Assembly: GCA_964016885.1 (NCBI GenBank)
Contig: OZ024741.1
Span: 406,100,001 to 406,164,000 of the forward strand
Direction of reading: 5' to 3'
Source of the DNA: Eledone cirrhosa
Taxonomy: Eukaryota
Length of the DNA: 64,000 bases
Under the pieces are notes generated by a model that worked only from the letters and a program-made list of their open reading frames with translations, had not been told where the DNA came from and made no database searches. Made by a program: the position numbers and the translations under genes. Below are positions 13,465-23,959 of the stretch, one piece after another; position 1 is the stretch's first letter; every line of letters begins with the position of its first letter.

Positions 13465-14495
13465 AATTGTTTCTACTTTAGGCACAAGGCCAGCAATTAC
13501 CCAGTGCATTACTGGTACTTTATTTTATCGACCCCGTAAGGATGAAAGGCAAAGTCAACCTCGGCGGGATTTGAACTCAGATCGTAAAGGGACGTAACTA
13601 TGCTGGAAAGCATGGCGTCCGACCCTCTACCGATGTTTTAGGCGGAAGGTCAGCAATTTTGGGGGAAAGGGAGAATCGACCCCAGTGTATTACTGGTGGT
13701 TGATTTTATCGACCTCGTAAGGATGAAAATCAAAGCTAACCTCGGCGGGATTTGAACTCAGAACATAAAGGGCCGTAACTTTATGCCGCGAAGTATGTCC
13801 GACGCTCTACCGATTACTGCCAATCCCTTGCTACCCTAACGTGTGTGTGTGTGTGTGTGTGACAGGTATATCTCGTTGGAGGTGTCTTGGGTAGTTTAAT
13901 GATAGGGACCCCAGTCCTATCATCTCATTTCTACAGCTGAGTAAACTGGAGCAACGTGAAATAAAGTGTCTTGCTCAAGGAAACAACACATCACCCGGTC
14001 CGAGAATTGATCTCACAACGTTTCCATTGCAAGTCCAATGCTTTAACTACTAAGCCATGCGCCTTCACTAAGGTGTGTGTGTAAACTAAAAACGAGAAAG
14101 AATATCTTAATAAATATAAAATACTTTTTATGTGTAAAGACTCTTAGCAGACGACAGGATAAAAGTGAAATCAATGTTTAATATAAACATAATATAACGG
14201 TTTCTGATTTAGGCAGAAGGCCAGCAATTTTGGGGGAGGGGAAGGCGATTAAATCGACCCCAGTGTATTACTGGTATTTTATTTCCTTGTCCCCGTAAGG
14301 ATGAAAGGTAAAACTAACTTCGGCAGGCTATCTAAACGCAATATAATTGTTTATACTTTTGGCACAATTACCCAGTGCATTATTGGTACTTTATTTTATC
14401 GACCCCGTAAGCACGAAAAATAAAGTTAACCTCAGAACGCGAAGGGCCATAACTCTATGCTGCAAAGCAAGGTGTTTGATGCTCTACCGATACTA
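13465..14495 (-). mobile_element. SINE cluster: family A copies (~13465-13634, 13636-13825, 14200-14330, 14347-14495) and a CORE-type SINE (~13864-14068)
   Basis: Family A core motif is present. Family B carries CCTTGAGCAAGACACTTTATTTCACGTTGCTCCAG. The cluster is mirrored at ~19160-20195. Confidence 0.85.
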
Positions 14496-14891
14496 CCAAG
14501 CCTTCTAAAGGTAATATAATGATAACCAAAACAAGAATAGAAGATAGTAAGATACTGTGGTAGGTATTGAAGTAGCTATTAAAACTATTGCTATCATTCA
14601 ACACTTTCACATACTGGGGCCCCAAGCTTTAGGGAATTTGAGGTCCTTCTCTAAAAAAATATTATTTATATTTTCATGTTATAAAGAATAGATAGTGTGC
14701 GTGTATGTGTGTGTGTGGTGTGTGGTGTGTGGTGTGTGGGTTCATTTTATTAAGGTTAAATAATGAGTATTGTTACTCGGGCGAATCTCCAGAGTAAGAA
14801 GACTCACTATTTAGCGATAATAAAATGAATATTTAAACTCTATTCCTGTATTGAATACACTTTCCTCTCAGCCGTCACCCACATACATAAT

Positions 14892-14927
<36 letters not shown>

Positions 14928-14961
14928 GTATATATATATATTTATTAAAATAACAGATTAA

Positions 14962-15012
14962 AGTTTAAGCAAAGAATCGCTGCTTTCACCCTTAACGGGA
15001 TCTTCTGAAACT
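14962..15012 (-). ncRNA. Type I hammerhead ribozyme, CAGAAGA core (inverted pLTR copy)
   Basis: Reverse complement of 18639-18689. Confidence 0.8.
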
Positions 15013-15597
15013 AACAAAGTCAATCTGTAAACGCAGAACTGGATATTTCAAAAAACGTTGCAACCGGAGGAAGACAGGGAGACGATACTTTGGTTCGTGG
15101 AAACGTTCGCTGGCAAAGAACGGGAAAAAACGAATAATACGTCATTAATAGGAGCGGTGAAAAACAATTACGCGCAAAGACAGAACCACGTTTATGGTAT
15201 AAAAGAGGTCGTAGACTAATGTTCTCTTAGGTGGTGCATAGAGACGTTCTCTGGCAATGAACGAAAAAACGAAGATAATAAGTCGTATGTGGAGCGTGGA
15301 GAACAATAGCACGCAAAGACAATGGTATAGCAGAACAATAGCACGTAAATGGTATAGCAGAAGTCGTAGACTAAAATTAATCTCCGCTACAGAGTTAAGA
15401 ACAAAGTAAATAAATACAATACAGAAGTAATAGAAACAAATAAATACATACATGCAAACAGATACGTACATACACAAGCATACGCAAAACCTTACCATAG
15501 GCATACAAAACCACGCACATATAAATATGTGTGTGTGTGTGTATGCTTGTGTACAAATAAATAAATAATTAGAGCACTCTACTGACTTATTTTCATT

Positions 15598-17727
15598 ATG
15601 CAGAAACAACATCTGAATATTTCTACAAAGAACATACCCGTACCAAGCAGGAAAACATACCTAAAACTCCTGATACAGAAAACCGACGCGTTCATTAAAA
15701 GGTTGCGTTGGCGTGCCTTTTATTTCGATAATCCGCGAAAAACAGACAACAAACAGGATAAATTTGGATTTAAAACCTATAATAACCCTCCGTGGAACCC
15801 AGCATTGCTACCCTTCGAAAATGATGTCTTGGAACTCATTCGGAATATCAAATTTCGGAATAGGAGCAATTCCTTCCAGCAAGACCTGAAGAATAGAATT
15901 CGTTCTATTAAGGATTCTAACGCCGTGCACGTCCATTCCGACAAAACTGGCAACCTATATCAAGTGGAGCGCAGTACTTACCATCAACTAGTACATAATG
16001 CTGTAACTAAGGATTACCGTAAAACTAATCGGTGCGTCATCAATGAAATCAACGATGCTGGGTTTAAAATCACATCTGATCTCAACATCCTGGACCGGAC
16101 CGAACCTCTGGACCCTATCTCTCCCCACTTTACCATGAAGTATCACAAATCCAATTTTCCGAACAACCCCTCTATTCGGCTTATTAACCCTAGGAAGTCC
16201 GATTTAGGTAGACTTAGTAAAACGATTCTTGATAGAATTATACCTGAAATTATAAGTTTGGCCCCTCTCGCACTGTGGAACAATTCTTTCGCGGTGATTG
16301 ATTGGTTCAACGGCATATGTAACAAGGAACATTGCCGTTTTATCCAATTCGACATCAACAATTACTACTCCTCCATCACTTTACCACTTCTCCTTAGAGC
16401 TATCAATTTCGCTAAAACACTCACAGTGGTTAAGGATTTTGAAGTTGATGTCATCCTTAATGCCCGAAAGTCGGTGATTAATTTCGACGACTCTATTTGG
16501 ATTAAAAAATCCAATAGTACCCCATTCGACGTGAGTATGGGCGCCAGTGACTCTGCGGAGGTTACTGATCTTATTGGCCTTTTCCTTCTTTTCTCTATCA
16601 AGGACGAATTCCCCAACGCGGGCGGTGGTTTGTACCGTGACGATGGTGTTTTGACCATGAATAAGTGCGGACCTCGTGCTTGCGACAGGTTCAGAAAAGA
16701 ACTCACAGCCTTCTTTAAAGGCTTCAACCTCTCTATACAGGTTGAGGCCAATCTCTCGGTCGTTAATTACCTCGACGTTACCCTCAATTTATTGAATGGG
16801 TTGTATTACCCGTATAGAAAGCCGAATGATACGCTTAATTACATAAGTGAGCATTCCAACCATCCTGCCAGCATAACCAAGAACCTGGTAAGAAACGTTT
16901 CGTTGAGGCTTTCCCGTCTTTCCACCAACGAGCGCATTTTCAACGACCATTCCACTTATTACAATGAAGCTCTTGCTCGAAGTGGATTTGTCGATAAGGT
17001 AGCATATACAGAGTACGAAAATAGACCTAGAAGAAATAGATCCCGTCGCATTTGTTGGTTTAACCCACCATATAATATGGAGGTGGCCACACCATTAGCT
17101 AAGATCTTTCTTTCCCTTACTACAAAGCATTTTCCCCCTACACATAAATATAGTAAAATTTTTAATAGAAATACTATTAAAATTTCTTACTCTACGACTC
17201 CTAACCTTGCACATAACATCACAGCTTCAAATTTAGCTAAACTACCTAGCCGTAGGAACACGTGCAACCCTGTAGTTAGTACTAACTGTAATTATAGGAA
17301 TCGGGCTGATTGCCCCCTATCCGGGAAATGCCTCTCTAGTAACATTGTCTACAAATGTAAGGTTGTAACACCCACGTCCCATAGGGCCTACATAGGGTTA
17401 ACCGCCAATAGTTTCAAGCAGCGTCTTTACATGCATACCCATTCTTTTCGCTACCCTCTAAGAAGGAATATGACGTCACTTTCAGCTTATATCTGGAGTC
17501 TAAAAGATAACCACACCCAATATAAGTTACACTGGGAGATCCTAGCTAGGGCTAGATCGTATAACGGAAATAAAAGACCATGTGACCTCTGCGCCGCTGA
17601 GGCCCTGGAAATACTCTACGCCACAGACCACATCTTAAACAAAAAATCTGAGGCAATTTCGGCTTGTAAACATAAATTGCACACAACTTTCCTGTATTAC
17701 AGCCCCACGTTATACCCTAACGGATAG
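15598..17727 (+). CDS. Penelope/Naiad RT + GIY-YIG endonuclease, 709 aa, uninterrupted
   Basis: STKNIP..FIKRLRWRA, DKTGN, FDINNYY, MGA, YRDD, YLDV, Cys linker CNY..CPL..C, IVYKC..YIG..FKQR..H, CDLC..E, LNKKSE..CKH. Confidence 0.93.
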   Translation: MQKQHLNISTKNIPVPSRKTYLKLLIQKTDAFIKRLRWRAFYFDNPRKTDNKQDKFGFKTYNNPPWNPALLPFENDVLELIRNIKFRNRSNSFQQDLKNRIRSIKDSNAVHVHSDKTGNLYQVERSTYHQLVHNAVTKDYRKTNRCVINEINDAGFKITSDLNILDRTEPLDPISPHFTMKYHKSNFPNNPSIRLINPRKSDLGRLSKTILDRIIPEIISLAPLALWNNSFAVIDWFNGICNKEHCRFIQFDINNYYSSITLPLLLRAINFAKTLTVVKDFEVDVILNARKSVINFDDSIWIKKSNSTPFDVSMGASDSAEVTDLIGLFLLFSIKDEFPNAGGGLYRDDGVLTMNKCGPRACDRFRKELTAFFKGFNLSIQVEANLSVVNYLDVTLNLLNGLYYPYRKPNDTLNYISEHSNHPASITKNLVRNVSLRLSRLSTNERIFNDHSTYYNEALARSGFVDKVAYTEYENRPRRNRSRRICWFNPPYNMEVATPLAKIFLSLTTKHFPPTHKYSKIFNRNTIKISYSTTPNLAHNITASNLAKLPSRRNTCNPVVSTNCNYRNRADCPLSGKCLSSNIVYKCKVVTPTSHRAYIGLTANSFKQRLYMHTHSFRYPLRRNMTSLSAYIWSLKDNHTQYKLHWEILARARSYNGNKRPCDLCAAEALEILYATDHILNKKSEAISACKHKLHTTFLYYSPTLYPNG

Positions 17728-18095
17728 CACGACCTATACGTGGATATTTTACGTCTTGATGTGGGAGCTAAGTATATTTTTTGTTTATTCCTTTACTTAT
17801 TTTCATAGGTAAGTATATATTACCCGTATGTTTTGTGAAGGTATGTATACTTTCTCGTACGTATATTTGACTGTTATGGCGTATCATTTTTACATAGTCC
17901 GGTATTTAGGGTTTGGCTATGTGTATACGGGAGTTTCGCGTCTGCGTGACTATGCAGGTTCGTACGTATGGTGGGTGGGTGTATATGTGTACTTCTTGTT
18001 TTAGTTGACTTACGTCTCCGATCATTCGTGTATTTATATGTAGGTATGCGTGTGCGCTTGTTATATACGTATTTATTTACTTATATACATTGATA

Positions 18096-18709
18096 TAATT
18101 ATGTATTTATTTGTACACAAGCATACACACACACACACATATTTATATGTGCGTGGTTTTGTATACCTATGGTAAGGTTTTGCGTATGCTTGTGTATGTA
18201 CGTATCTGTTTGCATGTATGTATTTATTTGTTTCTATTACTTCTGTATTGTATTTATTTACTTTGTTCTTAACTCTGTAGCGGAGATTAATTTTAGTCTA
18301 CGACTTCTGCTATACCATTTACGTGGTTTTGTCTTTGCGTGCTATTGTTCTCCACGCTCCACATACGACTTATTATCTTCGTTTTTTCGTTCATTGCCAG
18401 AGAACGTCTCTATGCACCACCTAAGAGAACATTAGTCTACGACCTCTTTTATACCATAAACGTGGTTCTGTCTTTGCGCGTAATTGTTTTTCACCGCTCC
18501 TATTAATGACGTATTATTCGTTTTTTCCCGTTCTTTGCCAGCGAACGTTACCACGAACCAAAGTATCGTCTCCCTGTCTTCCTCCGGTTGCAACGTTTTT
18601 TGAAATATCCAGTTCTGCGTTTACAGATTGACTTTGTTAGTTTCAGAAGATCCCGTTAAGGGTGAAAGCAGCGATTCTTTGCTTAAACTTTAATCTGTTA
18701 TTTTAATAA

Positions 18710-18763
<54 letters not shown>

Positions 18764-20301
18764 ATTATGTATGTGGGTGACGGCTGAGAGGAAAGTGTAT
18801 TCAATACAGGAGTAGAGTTTAAATATTCATTTTATTATCGCTAAATAGTGAGTCTTCTTACTCTGGAGATTCGCCCGAGTAACAATACTCATTATTTAAC
18901 CTTAATAAAATGAACCCACACACCACACACCACACACCACACACACACATACACGCACACTATCTATTCTTTATAACATGAAAATATAAATAATATTTTT
19001 TTAGAGAAGGACCTCAAATTCCCTAAAGCTTGGGGCCCCAGTATGTGAAAGTGTTGAATGATAGCAATAGTTTTAATAGCTACTTCAATACCTACCACAG
19101 TATCTTACTATCTTCTATTCTTGTTTTGGTTATCATTATATTACCTTTAGAAGGCTTGGTAGTATCGGTAGAGCATCAGACACCTTGCTTTGCAGCATAG
19201 AGTTATGGCCCTTCGCGTTCTGAGGTTAACTTTATTTTTCGTGCTTACGGGGTCGATAAAATAAAGTACCAATAATGCACTGGGTAATTGTGCCAAAAGT
19301 ATAAACAATTATATTGCGTTTAGATAGCCTGCCGAAGTTAGTTTTACCTTTCATCATTACGGGGACAAGGAAATAAAATACCAGTAATACACTGGGGTCG
19401 ATTTAATCGCCTTCCCCTCCCCCAAAATTGCTGGCCTTCTGCCTAAATCAGAAACCGTTATATTATGTTTATATTAAACATTGATTTCACTTTTATCCTG
19501 TCGTCTGCTAAGAGTCTTTACACATAAAAAGTATTTTATATTTATTGAGATATTCTTTCTCGTTTTTAGTTTACACACACACCTTAGTGAAGGCCCATGG
19601 CTTAGTAGTTAAAGCATTGGACTTGCAATGGAAACGTTGTGAGATCAATTCTCGGACCGGGTGATGTGTTGTTTCCTTGAGCAAGACACTTTATTTCACG
19701 TTGCTCCAGTTTACTCAGCTGTAGAAATGAGATGATAGGACTGGGGTCCCTATCATTAAACTACCCAAGACACCTCCAACGAGATATACCTGTCACACAC
19801 ACACACACACACACGTTAGGGTAGCAAGGGATTGGCAGTAATCGGTAGAGCGTCGGACATACTTCGCGGCATAAAGTTACGGCCCTTTATGTTCTGAGTT
19901 CAAATCCCGCCGAGGTTAGCTTTGATTTTCATCCTTACGAGGTCGATAAAATCAACCACCAGTAATACACTGGGGTCGATTCTCCCTTTCCCCCAAAATT
20001 GCTGACCTTCCGCCTAAAACATCGGTAGAGGGTCGGACGCCATGCTTTCCAGCATAGTTACGTCCCTTTACGATCTGAGTTCAAATCCCGCCGAGGTTGA
20101 CTTTGCCTTTCATCCTTACGGGGTCGATAAAATAAAGTACCAGAAATGCACTGGGTAATTGCTGGCCTTGTGCCTAAAGTAGAAACAATTATTATTTCAT
20201 AATATCTACACACTTATACACTCATACACAAGCACTCACAATGACACACGCACACACACACACACACATATACATATATGTATGTATACACACACACACA
20301 C

Positions 20302-20352
<51 letters not shown>

Positions 20353-21345
20353 TACGTTAATTATTTTCCATTTTGACGTTATAGTCACTTACATTTTATG
20401 AAATACTGTTGGCTTCTTGCTCACATTAATTTCTATATTTTCATTTAGATATATATATATATATATATGTGTATGTATGTATGTATATATATATATATAC
20501 ATTTTTTTTTTTTTTGCGCGGGGACATAGAAATAATCGGGCTGGATGCCCGATCGCGCAGTTAAACCACTAGGAGTGAAAAACCCCTAACCCTTGTCAGG
20601 GCATTCTTCTAGGAGAAGGCATCTCAGGAAACTGGGTTAACTCCGACATAAAACCTGCGGCTCAGTAGTTACCGATGATGTTGATCTTTTCTTCTTTTCG
20701 GGTTATAGCTACTGTCGCTCAGAGAGTGGGATTGGCTCAGTGCATAGTCTTTCCTCACTTTAAAAATATTCGTCACGCACAGGCATTGCACGATTGCATT
20801 AATTAATAATTATTAATAGTGTATTATTATTATTATTATTATTGGTCTAAGCGGATGTATTTTGCTCGTTCACAGTAAGTCGCTTTATTTGCCTGTTAAA
20901 ATTATTTGTTGTTAAATATTTCTTGTTGTGTAAGGGATATAAGCCCTTAGACTTTGCCCCGTGAAGGAGAAAGTATAATATTTGAGCCTTTTGGCCCAAA
21001 TATTTGAACTTTTTTTTTTTACATGTTAAAAAATTTACGAAAAAAAAACATGGCTGAGCCACGCCCCCCAGCGATGTTGGCTGTCGTGCGACAATGACGT
21101 AGAAGTTGAGAGGAGCGCTACAGCGAAATTAACACACATTGATAACACAAACACCACCACAAACAAGGTAAACAAAGACACCAATGATACCAATAAGAAC
21201 TCTAATTTTGAAAAAAATGACAGTAACAGCGACAACGAAAATACAGATAACAAAAAAAAACAAAACAAATACAACAACAATATCAACACCACTAACATGA
21301 AAACAAATAGCGACAACACCAACAGCAACAATACCAACTGCACCG
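18096..21345. repeat. Right arm of the giant inverted repeat (pLTR + ~2.65 kb copy of the left flank, including the T2 5' end)
   Basis: Near-identical reverse complement of 12290-15571, with scattered substitutions and microsatellite length differences. Confidence 0.97.
18639..18689 (+). ncRNA. Type I hammerhead ribozyme, CAGAAGA (U4A) core
   Basis: AGTTT-CAGAAGA-t-CCC gttaa GGG-t-GAAA-GCA gcgattctt TGC-TT-AAACT. Stem I is extended by ACAGATT/AATCTGT (18623-18698). Confidence 0.82.
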
Positions 21346-21548
21346 TTTTTTGAAATATCCAGTTCTGCGTTTACAGATTGACTTTGTTAGTTTCAGAAGA
21401 TCCCGTTAAGGGTGAAAGCAGCGATTCTTTGCTTAAATTTTAATCTGTTATTTTAATAAATATTTGCTCTACGGTTCTTATATATTTGATATATATTTTC
21501 CTTATCGAGCCCTCTTTGGATTTTAGTCTTCAATTTTATTTTTATTAC

Positions 21549-21550
<2 letters not shown>
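21346..21550 (+). mobile_element. Third PLE1 pLTR 3' segment with hammerhead (21389-21439) and an extra ~90-nt tail, ending in (TA)n
   Basis: Matches 18596-18710, then continues with a tail matching the reverse complement of 62420-62505. Confidence 0.9.
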
Positions 21551-21621
<71 letters not shown>

Positions 21622-21674
21622 ATTATGTATGTGGGTTATATATATATATACATATATATGTGTGTCATTTGCTT

Positions 21675-21726
<52 letters not shown>

Positions 21727-21744
21727 AAGCAAATGACACACAAA

Positions 21745-23700
21745 TGTGGTATAGGAATGCCAGCCCAGCACTCTGTGATGAGGTGGAGTATTGTTTGTGC
21801 TATGTTCTTATTACCAACCTTTAAGAATTCCACAAGGATTCCATCTGATCCAGGTGCCTTACACGTGTTTAACTGGTTGATGGCCATTTTAACCTCATTA
21901 TAATCTGATAATCAATCCATTTTAAAATTTACAACACATTGGGGGATGCCATCTAGCACATCGGGATCAACTGATGATCGATATCAAATAAATCAGTGAA
22001 ATGTTCTTTCCAACGCTTAAGGATTTTCTCTGATTCCTTGATGATGGCAGTGTCGTCTTTGGACCTAATGGGAACAATAGACTAAGTTGGACTATATAAT
22101 GCACACAAAATACTATAAAACAGGTTTGAATGCTTTGCTTTATAAGCACTTTGAATATCTTCAGCGATTTTGAACAACCATTTATTTTTAAGCCTTCTCG
22201 GCTCAAGGTGTAAGGTGGCTTTATATTCTTTATATGTCTTTTAATAGCAATTAAATTCGTAGGGCACTCTCCCAGAAGATTGTCATGGAGAGCATGTTTT
22301 TTCTTTAATAGTCGGCTGATAACCAGATTATAATCATCAAACCAGACTTTATGTTGTTTTTTCGCCATGAATCTAAGTTCATCTGCTCCTGCTGTATACA
22401 ATTGATCCCTGAAGTTTATCCAAGTTCCATCGAAGTCAATATTATTCAAACGTTTATTCCAAGCCTCACATACCTCTTACTGTTTTAACTTTCCAACGTC
22501 AATACGCTTCAGTGTTTTGATCCCACACATACGAGATTTTTTCCGAATACGTAACTTAAACTTCCCTGAACCATTTTATGGTCTGTGCTGCATTCTGTAC
22601 TACGCATTACGCGCACATTACAGACATCATTCAGGTCACATCTCTGGGTTACTATGAAATCTATCGTGTGGCCATCTTTTGACCTTGAGTGTATCTAGGT
22701 AACTTTATGCTTCTCCTTTTGGCGGAAGAATTGCTAGGTTGAGTTCCGAACAGAGCTGGAGCACCTTCAAACCATTGGCATTCATCTTATCGATGCCGTA
22801 ATGGCCTAGTGCATCCCATGTCACGTGGTCTCTGCCAACACGGGCATTGAAATTACCAAGAATGATTACTTTTTCTTCGACTGGAGTAGATGCAATTGTA
22901 GCACGAAGGGATTCATAGAATATCATAATACTTTCTTCACTGGCCTAGAGAGTTGGAGCATAAACTGACAGAATAGTTGCACATCGCCCACATTCAAGTG
23001 GAATGCGCAACTTCAATTTACGATCATTGATTCTAGAGGGGCACTCTAAATATTGTGCTAGAGTTTCTCGCACCGTCTCACTGTTCTCCTTTTGGTTTCC
23101 CTGTCCAGAAAAGTGTGAAACCGATGATACTTCAGTCAGCTGATGATACCCTGATAGACGAGTTTCTGACAAGACTGCAATATCTATATTTAATCTTTGG
23201 AGTTCATTTGTTACCATTGCAGTTCTTCTTTCTGGTCGGTTTGATGAGTTTTGGTCCAGGAGGGTTCTGACATTCCAGCAGCAAATATTGAGTTTGATTC
23301 GATTTTTCATAAATGTTTTACTTTGCAATTCCCTTTTTCTTTTCCTGCTTGAATGAACCGCCAATAGCTGCAGTAAACTACCCAACGTTGATGTGACAGG
23401 CATGTTTCAAGGCACCTTTTCTAGCACCTTCTCAAGGATTTGAGTGAACAGTGCTCGCCCTGACTCAAACACAGGCCTCTCCAATGGAGTTAGCCCACAT
23501 AACATAAAGACATAACAACGATGTTATGATAAGACCCCTGCCGCCTATGTGTAGATTTGCAACTATATGCTTCCAACTGGTAAGGTCTGCACACGTCACC
23601 ACTCCACCATCGCCATAGGACTTTCAGCTGTAAAAATGACAGATGAGAAGATCACAAAAGAGACACCAGTACATCATTGGATTATAGTGACAAACGCTTG
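21745..23700 (-). mobile_element. Degraded RTE-BovB-type LINE, 5' part (APE to start of RT), 3' part missing
   Basis: CCWNVRTLLD..PERRTA, LSETRL, SVYAPTL, GNFNARVG and KAPGSDGI, with many frameshifts. The 5' boundary is approximate. Confidence 0.85.
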
Positions 23701-23744
23701 TACTACACGAGCCCCACTCTCTAAGGTTCAGTGATTATTGTCTT

Positions 23745-23880
23745 GTGACATACATACATACATACGTACATACATACATACGTTCGTACATACGTTCGTA
23801 CATAGATACATACATACATATATACATACATACGTTCGTACATATATACATACATACGTACGTACATACATACATACATT
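23745..23880. repeat. (TACA)n/(TACG)n microsatellite
   Basis: Direct reading. Confidence 0.93.
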
Positions 23881-23959
23881 CGCATATTTGGGCGTGGGAG
23901 ACTATTTATTAAATTTAAGATGAATACTATCTCCGACAGTAATGCCACAATTACAGTCA

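Larger units (their letters stand above)
12290..15571. repeat. Left arm of the giant inverted repeat
   Basis: Reverse complement of 18096-21345. The mirrored ORFs 12573-12788(+) and 20847-21062(-) give identical translations. Confidence 0.97.
14941..18710 (+). mobile_element. Penelope-like element (Naiad type) PLE1 with inverted 5' pLTR, inserted in (TA)n
   Basis: Intact ORF. The 3' pLTR (18096-18710) carries a hammerhead, its inverted copy is at 14941-15571, and both outer ends run into (TA)n. Confidence 0.93.

Noticed and set aside
12290-21345. Giant inverted repeat as TIRs of a DNA transposon or Polinton
   Set aside because: There is no transposase, integrase or TSD, and the arms consist of pLTR plus ordinary flank that ends inside a Tx1 ORF1.
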